NCBI GenBank assembly: GCA_002269645.1
Contig: NIVC01000587.1
Span: 62,001-126,000, forward strand
Length of the DNA stretch: 64,000 nt
Reading direction: 5' to 3'
Origin: Macrostomum lignano
Taxonomy: Eukaryota
The position numbers were made by a program, and so were the translations under genes. Under the pieces are notes generated by a model, which had not been told where the DNA came from, made no database searches, and saw only the letters and a list, made by a program, of their open reading frames with translations. Shown here piece after piece: positions 1 through 33,405 of the stretch (positions within the stretch are counted from its first letter, which is position 1; each line of letters begins with the position of its first letter).

Positions 1-296
1 CAGCACTTGGAAGACTTTACTCAAAGACTAAAAGTTAAGAAAACAAAATGGTTATAAAAACTAAGATGTTATGTTTTTTTGACAAAAAATATTTAGCACA
101 TAGCAGAAGCAACTGTATTTAATTTTTAATAGGAATAGTTCTGGTGCATAGTGCAAACAAACTTTTTTGATAGGATTTGTTCCAATGTACAATGCAAGCA
201 AACTTTTTTTTATGATTTGCTTTAGCATAGTTGTTCTATAATCCTAAGATTATGGGTTTAACAAAAATAAAAAAGTAACAAAAATTGATTACAACC

Positions 297-1514
297 CATA
301 CTCAGGAAGGTATCATATGTGTATAAGAATAATTTTTAGCATATTTTCAGAGTATGTACTATGCACCAAGGGGAAGTACAAATTTATACACTAAGGCCTA
401 TAAAATATTCATTACTAACAAATGCATAGCTAGAGTACTATATACTTGTCGCAAAATTGCAGCTTGCTTTAATAGAATTCACTTTCTCCCTTTTCATTTT
501 CTTCCATTCCCTGTGTGCCTAGTCCATCTTCTATCTGCCGCGCTCTACGTACTGTACATTCTTATCTTGTTTTCCAATTATCGATCGGTGAGTTTTTCAG
601 TCAGCCCCCCTCTCTGTCTCGTTAGAGCATTTTTAGCCCTCGCCCTTCTTACCCATTTCTTCTTATCTTTTCTCTCCCCCCTCTCTCAACCACGTAAATA
701 AATATACTTGTTTGGGCCCTGCACCCACTTACTAGCTCCTTATTCAATTTAACATCTAATTTAAACGTAGTGTGTTGTTTACTCTTATTATTTTCTCGAC
801 AATACTAATGTAATGTATAATAGCCCAAAAAATCTAGTAAAATGCAAATTTAATCAAAAGCATTTTTATTTAAAATTCTATTGTTTATTTAGCTTATGTT
901 GAAAATCGTCTAAATAAAATCAGCTAAAACTTTATAATAAAGTACCATTTTAAATTTAAAATTTTTGTTTAATTTACTAAAACAATTACGTAATTGACAT
1001 ACAAATTATATCTTGGAAAAATGTATATCAAAATGTATATTTCATGTCCTGCATACATAAATGATACATTTATGGTGACCAATCATACATGCACAACTGC
1101 TGGCCGATCTGGCCACCATAAATTGTGGTGGACCAGGGGTAAGTAGCAAAATGCCCATCCCAAATAATACAGATATAGTACTAATTAGATGACGAGGCAT
1201 TTAGCCCTTATAAGACAGTCAGAGTTACTCATGTTGTTTACCCAAAATTGTATTAATTTTGCTTTAGTGTTTCTTTCCCAGGTAAGTTGTATTTTTAGTC
1301 AAAAAGTAAGTTGCATGGCCAGTGTAAATCAGGGAGGTTGCAAATGTATGGTGACCAGTTATGAGCAAAATTTTCTGATCCTCTTTAGCTTTATACCCCT
1401 ATGCACTAAAATTTCTGCTAGGCTTTTGCTATGCATTGTGTGCATTAATTTGTGCACATTTTTGTTTATATATACCAGAATTGTCTGTTATTGTGTATAC
1501 CTTCCTGAGTTTAG
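297..1514. mobile_element. Degenerate TIR element (ACTCAGGAAGGTAT ends), related to 30714-34285
   Basis: CATACTCAGGAAGGTAT at about 297-313, with its inverted copy ATACCTTCCTGAGT at 1497-1510. No clean TSD. Confidence 0.55.
1084..1350. mobile_element. MITE, same family as 36915-37188
   Basis: TIR CATACATGCACAAC / GTTGCAAATGTATG and flanks GTGACCAAT / GTGACCAGT. Shares the internal GGCATTTTAGCC..TAAGACAGTCA.AGTTACTC block with the 37-kb copy. Confidence 0.75.
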
Positions 1515-2013
1515 ATTATTACTAACAGTCTAAATTTAAAAAATCTTTTTTGCAGTTCTATTTTTTTGTGTAAAATTGAATATCTTTTTGTGATATTTTT
1601 GTCATTTTTCATGGAAAATCAAGGTTATTTATTTGGCATGTAGTTGGTAAGCATGGTGTGCAGTTAGTAAACATAGTTTGCAGTTGGCATACAAACAAAA
1701 AATTTCCTATTGTGCATTCCAGCATGCATTCAACATGATTGAGAGTACGGATTAACTGCAATAGTTTAAGCTTTTTCAAAATGCTAATAAGACTAGCATG
1801 GGTCTAATAGGCTTACTATGATATCTTTAATAAAAGAAATCTTGATATTATAGTATTGACAATATATGCTAATATATATGCTAGGATTGGTATAATATAA
1901 TAAGCCAAGAAAAATCACTGATTTACAATGTCAAAGTATTGCCTAGAATTTTAGATGAATTTAGAAGCATTTTAGCCCATTTTAACTGTTTTAAACATTT
2001 TGCATGCTGAACA

Positions 2014-3442
2014 ATGTCAAAGGTGACATTTAAGATCACACTGACTTCAGACCCAAAGCTGCCATACAAAGTGTAAGTTTTTCAAGTTTTTAATATTGAA
2101 ATTGGAGATGGAATAAGGGTTACAGACTGGGTTTTTTGTGCAAATGGGTGCGAATAGCATCCTGGTCTTGAAAATCGCACCCTGAAATTTGACTCAGCGT
2201 GCAAAAAGTGCACCAGAATTTTTTGCAAGGATGTGATGTGGATTTCACAAGTTAGTGTTATGGACGTCTTAAGTCTGTAACTTTGTATTCTTATAATACA
2301 CCAGTTTTTGTCTGCAGCAATGCAGCGCATCCTGGTCTTGAAAATCGCACCCTGAAATATAGCACAGGGTGCGAAATCGCACCCAAGTTATGGACAAAAA
2401 TCTCAGGTTACAGACCCAAGCTGTGATTTCAATTTTAGCCACAAATTAATGTGACTGCACTTTTAATTGACCCTGGGCTACTGGCATATCAGAATGCTGC
2501 ATTAGACTGCTAGGCTACAGCCCCCTTGAGAAGAGAAGGAATATTTCAATATGGCTTTCAATGATGATAAATCTTTCAAAACTCATAAACATTGAATGCA
2601 CATTTTAAAAGTTTTAATGCCTTTGTGCAGTGCATCTGAAGGCTGTGTATGGCTGTTCAGTCCAAGGACTGGGGGTGGGGGGGGGGGTCGCCAACACATC
2701 AATTACCCCAGCTAATGCTGGCACCCATTTTACAGCTGGGTGAACTGAAGCAATGCAGAGTGAAGTGTCTTGCTCAAAGACACAAATTGTTCCAAGTAGG
2801 TCAAGAATCGAACCCCCGACTTTTCAGTCGTGAGTGAGTCTAAAACTAACCACTAGGCTAGAGGTTGTACATGATCTATTTTTTGTATCTATTAATATTA
2901 GTAACTCAATAGCTAAGAATTTAATGACTTAGTAGAAATAAATGCATGCTGCCAGTTTTAAAGCTTCAGTTCTCAGCACCTAGGGTAGGGTTGGCTTGAG
3001 TGGGGTTGGCTACTCAAGCAACATTTGCATGTTGTAGTTGAGATGATGGAGTCTAAAGTTAACATAAATGTAGTCCCAGGCAGTTAAAAGAGCCTGTGAA
3101 GTTGATGACTTACTGGAAGTGAATTATAGGAAGTTGTGGAAAATTAATCAGTTACTGATATGGATTTTTGAACATAGGGGTCAGCATTATACATAGCAGT
3201 ACTGGATTGACACTGCCATCTGTGCCATTCAAACCAGGCTTAGCGTGCCGGAGGCCACTCCATTCACCGCCGTGCTAAAATTCTCAGCCGAAGAGTTCAA
3301 AGTGCCGCCGGCCACCAGCGCTATCATCACTAATGACGGCGTGGGAATTAATCCTCAGCAAACCGCTGGCGAAGTGTTTCTCAAGTACGGCTCCGAGCTG
3401 CGCCTGATTCCGCGCGATCGTGTTGGCCAAGTTGGACTTTGA
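2014..3442 (+). CDS. UFM1: Ubiquitin-fold modifier 1, 2 coding exons (2014-2072, 3238-3442), 87 aa
   Basis: Exon 1 reads ATG TCA AAG GTG ACA TTT AAG ATC... = [20 protein letters not shown], with a GTAAGT donor at 2073 (phase 2). The acceptor AG is at 3236-3237. Exon 2 gives [67 protein letters not shown], near-identical to the UFM1 sequence as I recall it. Confidence 0.97.
2632..2858 (-). mobile_element. tRNA-derived SINE copy (UFM1 intron)
   Basis: Minus strand has A-box TAGCCTAGTGGTTAG, B-box GGTTCGATTC and the central GCAAGACACTTCACTCTGCATTGCTTCAGTTCACCCAGCTGTAAAATGGGTGCC shared with four other copies. Confidence 0.85.
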
Positions 3443-4104
3443 GATTTGTGTATTGGAGTGTGCGTGCAGTTCTGATGGATTGGATTGCTGTGTGTTGACT
3501 TGTGTCCTCTACTGTTATGAATTCAATTGTATTTAATTATAATGATTATTTACTTATTTTCGACACGACGCTTTCAGTAGTGTGTGCTTGGTGTGGGGGA
3601 ACTAATACTAAATAAAATCTTAGTCCATCTTATTTTTAACAAGTCTTTGTTGTTATTGTCCTTGTCTTCGAGTCTTTGTTTGTGCTAAATATAATAAATA
3701 TATAGTGAATATGATTCAGAAAATCAATCATCAAAAATGTTTTATAGATGCTTTGACTTTGTTCACACTAGTTAGTTTTAATGTTGTGGATCTATTTCAG
3801 ATTTATTCATTTTTCTCTTCGTTAATCACTGCTTTTTGTGTGTTCCAGTGCGTTAAATATTCCCTTACAGTTGCTGATAATCTCTGTCTCCATAGCATAT
3901 TGACATGGCAATATATAAAATAATGTTTAGACGCGATGGATCGGGTCGCTTGACGTTGCTTGCAATCTTTTCTTTGACTTCTTTCAAACAATTTTCGTTA
4001 TTTCTCCTGAGCCTGCGTGTTTAGGACTATTATATAATATGGTACTTTGTCAGTCAACTTCATAGTCAAGCTGATCAAGTGGAGAATCCCATTCGCTACG
4101 GCAG

Positions 4105-5210
4105 CGAAATATTCTCAAATGGGGGAATTGGGAAGATTCCCAAAAGGAAAATTAGGGGAAATCTCAAATGGGAAAAGCTAAACATTCTCAAATAGGGAAT
4201 TGGGAAAGATTCTCAAATGGAAATTGGGAAGATTCTCAAAAGGGACTTGAAAAGATTCTCAAATGGGAAAGGGTGAAGCTTCTCAAAAGGGGAATCGGGA
4301 AAATTCTCAAATGAGAATTGGAAAGATTCTCAAATGGGAAAAGGTGAAGCTTCTCAAATGGGGAATTTGGGAAAGATTCTCAAAAGGGGAATTGGGGAAG
4401 ATTCTTAAAAGGGGAATTTGGGGAAGATTCTTAAAAGGGGAATTGGGGAAGATTCTTAAAAGGGGAATTTGGGAAAGATTCTCAAAAGGGGAATTGGGGA
4501 AGATTCTTAAAAGGGGAATTTGGGGAAGATTCTCAAAGGGGGAATTTGGGAAGCTTCTCATATGGGGAATTGGGGAAGATTCTCAAATGAAAATTGGGAA
4601 GATTCTCAAAGGGGAATTGGGAAGATTCTCAAGGGGAAGATAGGGAAGATTCTCAAATGAGAAAAAAAGGTGAAGCTTCTCAAATGGGGAATTTGGGAAA
4701 GATTCTCAAAAGGGGAAATCGGGAAGATTCTCAAAAGGGGGAATCGGGAAGATTCTCAAATGGGGAATCGGGGAAGATTCTCAAAGGGGAAAATGTGAAG
4801 CTTCTCAAAGAGGAATTGGGAAGATTCTCAAGGGGAAGTTAGGGAAGATTCTCAAATAGGAAAAGGTGAAGCTTCTCGAATTAGGGAAGATTCTCAAAAG
4901 GCGAATCGGGAAGATTCTCAAATGGGGAATCGGGGAAGATTCTCAAATGGGGAATTGGGGAAGATTCTCAAAGGGGAAAAGGTAAAGCTTCTCAAATGGG
5001 GAATTGGGGAAGATTCTCAAATGGGGAATTAGGGAAGATTTTCAGGGAAATTTTGGAAGATTCTTAAAGAGGAATAGGGAAATATTGTTTTAAAAAATTA
5101 GGGAAGATTCACAAAGGGTACTTATAGGGAAGATTATTAAAGAAGAATTTAAGAAAACTCTCGAATGGTAATTGGAAGATTCTCAATGGGAATTAGGGAA
5201 GATTCTGAAA
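4105..5210. repeat. Degenerate purine-rich minisatellite (core GGGAAGATTCTCAAA) between UFM1 and MSH6
   Basis: About 1.1 kb of irregular 20-28-bp units. Confidence 0.9.
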
Positions 5211-5343
5211 TTTCAGCCGTTGCCTCTGATGCATAAAGCAAAATATTTATGCTGGTTGTGCTGCACGTTGCTGTAATTCTATAGGGTGTTATAAGAAAAA
5301 TTGACCCAGGTGAACAAGCAAAAAGGCTCAACAGAAGCCAGAG

Positions 5344-26159
<20,816 letters not shown>

Positions 26160-26826
26160 CTGGGGGGTGGCTGACAGCCTCGCTGACTGCTAAGCAAGCT
26201 CAAGCTGCTCTGTTCGGGCGGCTTCTTCTCAAACAGTTTTTTTTTATAAGACGGCAGACAGTTCGTCTGTTGCATCAACCTACTGAAGACAAACTATTAG
26301 TTGTCATAGTCTATAGTTTTTTTTATTATTCCCCCCCCCTAGCCCGAAAGGATAAAATTTCCCAATTCGATTAAGTCTCTTTGTAGCTCGAATCCTATTT
26401 TGCAATTTACAATTTTTATCATTGTAGTTCAATCTGATATTATAGTTTGCCTCAAGGAAGGTTTCTCTACCAGCTATAAACTGAGCTTTTCCTTTGTGTT
26501 GTGTCTATTCAAAATCACCTACCATCTCTTTGATATAACAAGTAAATTGTGTGCAGTCAAACTGAATAATGAAAATCTCATTTTCATGCTTACGTCTTTT
26601 ATGCCCGGTTGAAGCTTTGTGCATTTAGGCCGATAACAAATATTATTGTTATTTTTTTTAACAAATAATAAAGGATGACGCAAGTCGAATGACGGCAATG
26701 GCTTTTGTTCTTTCATTACGATTTTCTGTCTTGGTTTCAGATTTTATATGAGCGGTGACATCTAGAGGACCAGCATTGATTGCTTCAATTTAGTTATGAT
26801 CTGAAACCGCACCTAAAATATCAAAC

Positions 26827-27450
26827 AGCTACCCATTCAGTGAATGAGAAAGACCCTCAGTGCGTAAGCAGCTACCCATTCAGTGAATGAGGAAGACCCT
26901 CAGTGCGTAAGCAGCTACCCATTCAGTGAATGAGGAAGACCCTCAGTGCGTAAATAGCTACCCATTCAGTGAATGAGGAAGACCCTCAGTGCGTAAGCAG
27001 CTACCCATTCAGTGAATGAGGAAGACCCTCAGTGCGTAAGCAGCTACCCATTCAGTGAATGAGGAAGACCCTCAGTGCGTAAGCAGCTACCCATTCAGTG
27101 AATGAGGAAGACCCTCAGTGCGTAAGCAGCTACCCATTCAGTGAATGAGGAAGACCCTCAGTGCGTAAATAGCTACCCATTCAGTGAATGAGGAAGACCC
27201 TCAGTGCGTAAATAGCTACCCATTCAGTGAATGAGGAAGATCCTCAGTGCGTAAGCAGCTACCCATTCAGTGAATGAGGAAGACCCTCAGTGCGTAAGCA
27301 GCTACCCATTCAGTGAATGAGGAAGACCCTCAGTGCGTAAATAGCTACCCATTCAGTGAATGAGGAAGATCCTCAGTGCGTAAGCAGCTACCCATTCAGT
27401 GAATGAGGAAGACCCTCAGTGCGTAAGCAGCTACCCATTCAGTGAATGAA
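26827..27450. repeat. 43-bp minisatellite GCAGCTACCCATTCAGTGAATGAGGAAGACCCTCAGTGCGTAA between MSH6 and UBE2T
   Basis: About 14-15 copies with no spacers. Confidence 0.98.
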
Positions 27451-27996
27451 AAATACTCAGTGAATAAAAACGGGAAACAATCTATTATAGACAATAACCT
27501 GACAATAACCGTAGCCTGAGGTATATAGCTGTCTGTAGGCTATGATAGTACTCCTTTTTTATGGATGTTCCGATGGTGACAATTGTCAAATCCCCTCCCG
27601 ACCTAGTCCCGAGATCCCGTCGCGGAAAATCTTATCCCATCTCGTCCCGTTTGAGTACTGTAAGCGACTACCCATTTAGTGAACGAGGATACCCCTTCAG
27701 TAATACCCCTCAGTGTAAGCAGCCAGCCTTTCAGTAATACCCCTCAGTGTACATAACCAGCCCCTCAGTAATACCCCGTCAGTGTTAGCAAATACGTCTT
27801 TAATCTAATGAGAAAATTCTATCTAAGTATTACTGAAACCCCCCCCCCCTAGAGACTGAAAACTACTGATTCAGTGAACTAGTTGGCTTAATACACTGTA
27901 ATGGCAGCAGATCACGCGTGAACAATTGGATAATTATTTTTATTCACACTTTCAGCCCACTGATTTTCCTGTAAAACAGTTCAATTAGCTCTCCAT

Positions 27997-28641
27997 ATGG
28001 CAGCCAATGCTAAGCAGAGCCGACTGTCCCGCGAGCTGCAGCAGCTGCTGACAGACCCGCTGCCCGGCTGCAGAGTGCAGCGCGTACCGGACAGGCCCGA
28101 CCAGCTGGTGGTGCTGCTTACTGGCGACGAGGATACGCCATACGCCGGCGGCCGCTTCCGCCTGGAGCTGCTAATCCCGCCTCGTTATCCGTTCGAGCCG
28201 CCGGCTATGCGTTTCAAGACGGCCATACTGCACCCGAACATCGACTCCGCCGGCCGGATCTGCCTGGACAGCTTGAAGCCGCAGCCCGCCGGCTCCTGGT
28301 CGCCCGCCATGAGCCTGCGCGGCCTCCTGCTGCAGCTTCGCCTGCTGATGCGGACTCCGAATCCGGACGATCCGCTGGAGGCCGAGCTGGCCCGGCAGTT
28401 CGTCACCGACCGGCCGGCGTTTGAACGGCGCGCTCGCGAATGGACGCTGCGGCACGCCGCTGCCGCCGAGACTGGCGAGCCCGGCGACGACCTACCGGAT
28501 GAAAACGATGAGAATGCGAGCGCTGACGCCGCGAATGATGCATCGGCGAGCAGCAAGTCGGCGGCAGCTGTGTCGGACGGTCCGACCTCGGCTAAGCAAG
28601 CCAAAGTGGCGATGTCTTCAACTGCGGAAAATTTACTTTGA
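27997..28641 (+). CDS. UBE2T: Ubiquitin-conjugating enzyme E2 T (FANCT), intronless, 214 aa
   Basis: UBC fold with RYPFEPP, HPNIDSAGRICLD (catalytic Cys), the insert LKPQPAGSW and PNPDDPL, all matching UBE2T as recalled, followed by an acidic low-complexity C-terminal tail. Confidence 0.92.
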   Translation: MAANAKQSRLSRELQQLLTDPLPGCRVQRVPDRPDQLVVLLTGDEDTPYAGGRFRLELLIPPRYPFEPPAMRFKTAILHPNIDSAGRICLDSLKPQPAGSWSPAMSLRGLLLQLRLLMRTPNPDDPLEAELARQFVTDRPAFERRAREWTLRHAAAAETGEPGDDLPDENDENASADAANDASASSKSAAAVSDGPTSAKQAKVAMSSTAENLL

Positions 28642-30917
28642 TATTATATCTATAGTGCGTAATATGATTCGAGATTGAAAGCTTTTTTCCATATTTCGGT
28701 TTTCAATTTAGTTTTACGTGCAATCTGATTTATTTTACAATCACCCGAATCACTGAACTGTTGTTCGACTGGTTTATTAACTTTTGTCAATAAAATCAAT
28801 AGGTTAAATTTGCCACAGGCATTTCCCTGTATGCCTCTTGCGCATTTATGTTTCTTTGATAAAAATACAAAAATAGCTCTTAAAGTCAAGTTAAAGTGAC
28901 TCTTCCAAAATGCAATATCTTGTTTTACCTATTTGCAAAGTTCGCTTTCTGTTCAATTTTCAAAATATACAGTTTTTTCAATTAATTTTTATCCCCATGT
29001 TCAGAGAAAACATTTCTTTCGTAAAAATTGTTTCACTTATTTTCCGTGCCGTCGTAAAATAAATTTCAAGATAACATAATGCACCGAAATACTTCGTATT
29101 GTAACAACAGCATCAAGTAGTGTGTGAGCTACTTCGTGTCTATCCAGAAAATTGTAAGGTTAATACGTAAATTTTGGTAATCGCCCGGAAGAAATGACAC
29201 ATTTAATAGATTCTTTACACTGCAGTTCTGGTGAAACTTGCAGGTAAATTTATAGCACGAATTCATCACTCTAATAGCAGTAAAAAGTGACAAATCCAGG
29301 CAGAGCCCAGCGATTTGTTTTGACGATTGACCTGAGAATATTGAGTTCGCCATTTCGGAGACTACAATAATACATGTCGGTTGACAAGGTGTGAAACAGC
29401 CGACTTATTTTGTGTTTGAGTATACACAAGCTGCTTAGTTTCTGAGATACATTCGTGCAGAGCTTTAATAAAAAATCATAGAATGTTTTATTTCCCTACG
29501 TGTTTTTTCTTCCGGTTTTAGGTCGGATGCACAAAAGCAAAACAAAAGTTTTTTAAAAATAAATGTTTTTCTGCTATAAGATAACCTTAAAAAACAAATT
29601 CTAAAATATTTACGTTTTCTATTCTCTGTTTTACCGAAAAAGCTTTTATCAGGTATCGATATTGTATTGAGTTAAAAAAAAGAATAAATGAACCGGGAGT
29701 CGTACGTCTGAACCTGCAAATATAACAAGTAGTGAGTGTCGTGTCGGTCGGTAAGTGTAACATGATTAAAGGAACCCTAATCTCGAAAAATAAATTACAA
29801 TCAGCGTAAGAGTCTCCTTTAGACTGAGGCGCTTGGGACTTATCAAATAATAGAAAGAAAAACGCTTAAAAGAATGTAGATCTCAATTGAGTAAATTTGT
29901 GATTCTTTTTGTAGGGCCTAATACATGGTCTAATTGCTGTTGCTTTGAACCGATCAAAAGGGCGACAGTCATAACAATTACAAGTCCACATGTATTAGAC
30001 TTGTATTTGTCAAAATGTACATTTGTTAAAATGAATTTTGTTAAAAATGTACAAGTAGGCCTAGTAAAAATATGTACATCTTAGAGTGTATTGACATTCT
30101 ACATATACAGTAATGTACCAAGGACTACTCGGATATCCAAGGATGGGAAACCCCATTTCTTAGAAAATTTTATGAGGCAGTCTTTGCCAAAAATATAGGC
30201 CTATAAATTATAATGAACAGTGAGTTTTTTGGCAATTGTCAAGTTCCATTTGTTAAATTATTTTGACTCCAGAAAAGTACTGTACAAACTATTTTAAGTA
30301 CAAATAGCTATTTTTAAGAGACCTAAGCTTAATCAGGCCCCAATTTTATGCTTCAAAACTTGTTATTAATGTATCTAACACCAAAAGGCTACAATAGTCT
30401 ATGGCCAAAACCAAAATGTTAACAAATGAACGAGTCTTAACAGAAATGAATAAAAAGTATTATTGTCTATGGTCAAATTGCCAACAAACAGCAAAAGCTT
30501 TATACACTATAGTAATAGGAAATCCATAATAGGATATTCCCAAATGGCTTCACTGGGTTTAGTTGATCATGCAACAATTCCTCTAAGTTTCAAATTCAAA
30601 TAGGCTTGTGATTGTATGTTTTTAGATACTATAGCTCTTGTCTCACTGTCTGAAATCTTATAAAAATTATATTATAATTAATTATATGTTCAAGCATAAT
30701 AAAATTACATTAAGGCCATAGTCAGGAAGGTGGCAAGTGCACGCGGGAATCAATTTATGGAAAAATCCTTGGTGCACGCCAATGTACGCCAATTTTTTAA
30801 AACCCTTAACCTGGGTTTTTTTTTTCGCCAGAGATAAGGTGCGAAATCGCACCTTGTGCCAAATTTCAAGGTGCGATTTTAAGGCTCAGAGTGCAATTTC
30901 TCTTGAGTCTTGTTTAG

Positions 30918-33405
30918 AATGTGAGGGTTTCACGAGAGATATTCAGACAGACATTCGAAACGATCGTCTGTAACTTTAAACAAAATTGACCCGCTTCAAC
31001 CATCTTTTTGGCAAATACTTACGCAAGTGTTGGGCGTCGAATAAGCTTTAATTTATTAACTGAAGTAAAAATCCTTCTGACATACATTGATTTAAAAATT
31101 GCTTAGCAACACTAGCTCTGATTAGAAATTGCTTTACTGTTGACTAAAATTGTTTTGATTGTAGCAGCCTAAAAGCAGATACTGGATTTAAAAATGCTTC
31201 GATTTACTCTATACGCATGTCTCAGCTTTAAAATGACACCTCAGGCGTCGCAAAAGACAGCTTTGATGCTGAGATATTCGACACTAAACATGCATTGCTT
31301 TGCGCAATCTCACATTCAGAAATTTCACTGATTTTTTGTCGATATTTGTGCAGTTGCCGTGTCCTTGTTTTTCATCAGAAACTTGTCAAATTCTAGTCAT
31401 GTCCAGTTTAAACCTGGACTTCTCTTAAACTGTCTTAAGTATTTGATTTTTAATGATTCCTGCCTTTATATTGCATAGATTGTACCTGAGTCAGTGAGTC
31501 TGTGAGTGTACATTTGTACATATGGCAACCAATCATGACTTTTTCACCGCTTTGCGGTTCAAATAAATATACGAGTGTACGAGAAACATGTTCCAACTGT
31601 TATTGAGAGAAATTGACGTCGCGTTTATTAACAGTCAGTGGCAATTAATATGAAGCAAATAGTTTATTGTTATGTTTTTACTTTTTTTGCGTGGCAATTC
31701 TGCTATCCAAATCGGAATGAGGTAAGCGGTGGGAATAAAATAAAAAGGAAAAATTTTTTCTACTGTTGTTGCAACCCAATAGCTATATGTACTTCAAACT
31801 TTTTAGATTGAACTGGCGATTTCTAATGTACTGCTAAGCTTTCCAATCCCTACGGACTACAGTAGCAGTTCTTAACTTTTTTTCTGTCTTGACTTCTAGA
31901 CTCGGAATTCGGAACAACCTAAGGAGCCGCATGAAAATATTTAATTGGATAAAGATATTTTCTATAAACAGCTCAAGTCGTGACACATCTTCTTCTCACC
32001 TCAGTCCATCAACTGCTGCTCCTTCTGAGACCAAAGCGATCGTGAAAGTAAAACAGATCAGTTTAGATCCCATGGCCATGAATATAACCATTTCAATTGT
32101 GAACCTGCTTCGCTTACAAGTACGAGCACTAGCCTTCCATTTGATGCCATTAGCTCACTTAACTCTGAAATAGTTCAAGGACGGTTCCAAATGTTGAGAT
32201 CTGACGTAGAAGCAGTCCAATTTGTGGAAATTTATCAACTGGACTCCATGAATCACTCCAATGAAAGGCGGCGAATAGCTGCAGAATGCGTAAACAAGTT
32301 TAAGTGAGTCACAAAAACCCCATTTACTGTAACTACATACACTTGTACGTTAGCAAGGCTCCATGCGATGGTTAATAAATGGAGAAGTAGACAAGCATCT
32401 GAACAAATATTGAATAAAAATCAGTGAAGTTTCCGAATGTGAGTTTGAGCAAAGCAATGTTTAGTGTCAAATATCTCAGCATCAAAGCTGTCTTTTGCAA
32501 TGCCTGAGGTGTCATTTTAAAGCTGAGACATGCGTATAGACATGACTAGAATCTGACAAGATTCTGATGAAAAACAAGGACACGGCAACTGCACAAATAT
32601 CGACAAAAAATCAGTGAAATTTCTGAATGTGAGATTGCGCAAAGCAATGCATGTTTAGTGTCGAATATCTCAGCATCAAAGCTGTCTTTTGCGACGCCTG
32701 AGGTGTCATTTTAAAGCTGAGACATGCGTATAGAGTAAATTGAAGCATTTTTAAATCCAGTATCTGCTTTTAGGCTGCTACGATCAAAACAATTTTAGTC
32801 AACAGTAAAGCGATTTCTAATCAGAGCTAGTGTTGCTAAGCAATTTTTAAATCAATGTATGTCAGAAGGATTTTTACTTCAGTTAATAAATTAAAGCTTA
32901 TTCGACGCCCAACACTTGCGTAAGTATTTGCCAAAAAGATGGTTGAAGCGGGTCAATTTTGTTTGAAGTTACAGACAATCATTTTGAATGTCTGTCTGAA
33001 TGGGTCTCCCTAAAACACGCCCCGCACCGCCCTGCAGCGCTACACATTAAAACAAATTGGACTATAACTAAAGACACTTCAAAATGCATTTTCTGTTAAG
33101 CTTCAAGTTTTTATTAAGTTTAGTTTTTTTACTTTGAAATATAAAATTTGGTGAACAATAAGTGATATTAATAATAATATTAATAAAATAATAATATTAT
33201 AATTTAATAATGAAAACAAGAATATAAAAAAAAATAATATTTAAAAAAATAAATAAAGATATTTATTCCATTACTATTTTAACTTTTCCTTGCAATCAAA
33301 TACTGCATTGACAAAAAATGTTATAATGTGTAGCAGTTCGGGGCCCGGTGTGGGGCGTGTTTTAGGGAGCCTTTGTCTGAATATCTCTCGTGAAACCCTC
33401 ACATT
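30918..33405. repeat. Long inverted repeat (arms about 30918-31402 and 32541-33405, the right arm interrupted by a MITE) around a 1.1-kb spacer
   Basis: About 480 bp of near-identical reverse-complement sequence, e.g. CAAATACTTACGCAAGTGTTGGGCGTCGAATAAGC versus GCTTATTCGACGCCCAACACTTGCGTAAGTATTTG. Confidence 0.92.
33002..33373. mobile_element. 372-bp MITE with 9-bp TSD (Mutator-like)
   Basis: TIRs ..CTCCCTAAAACACGCCCC / GGGGCGTGTTTTAGGGAG.. and TSD TGTCTGAAT (32993-33001, 33374-33382). The empty site is preserved in the left arm of the palindrome. Confidence 0.82.

Noticed and set aside
26827-27450. CRISPR array or tandem hammerhead ribozymes
   Set aside because: Units are contiguous with no unique spacers, the context is eukaryotic with no cas genes, and neither strand has the CUGANGA plus GAAA hammerhead core.
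29129-29353. 74-aa minus ORF (MANSIFSG...) as a gene convergent on UBE2T
   Set aside because: Good ATG context, but AT-rich, no homology recognised and no convincing splice chain.
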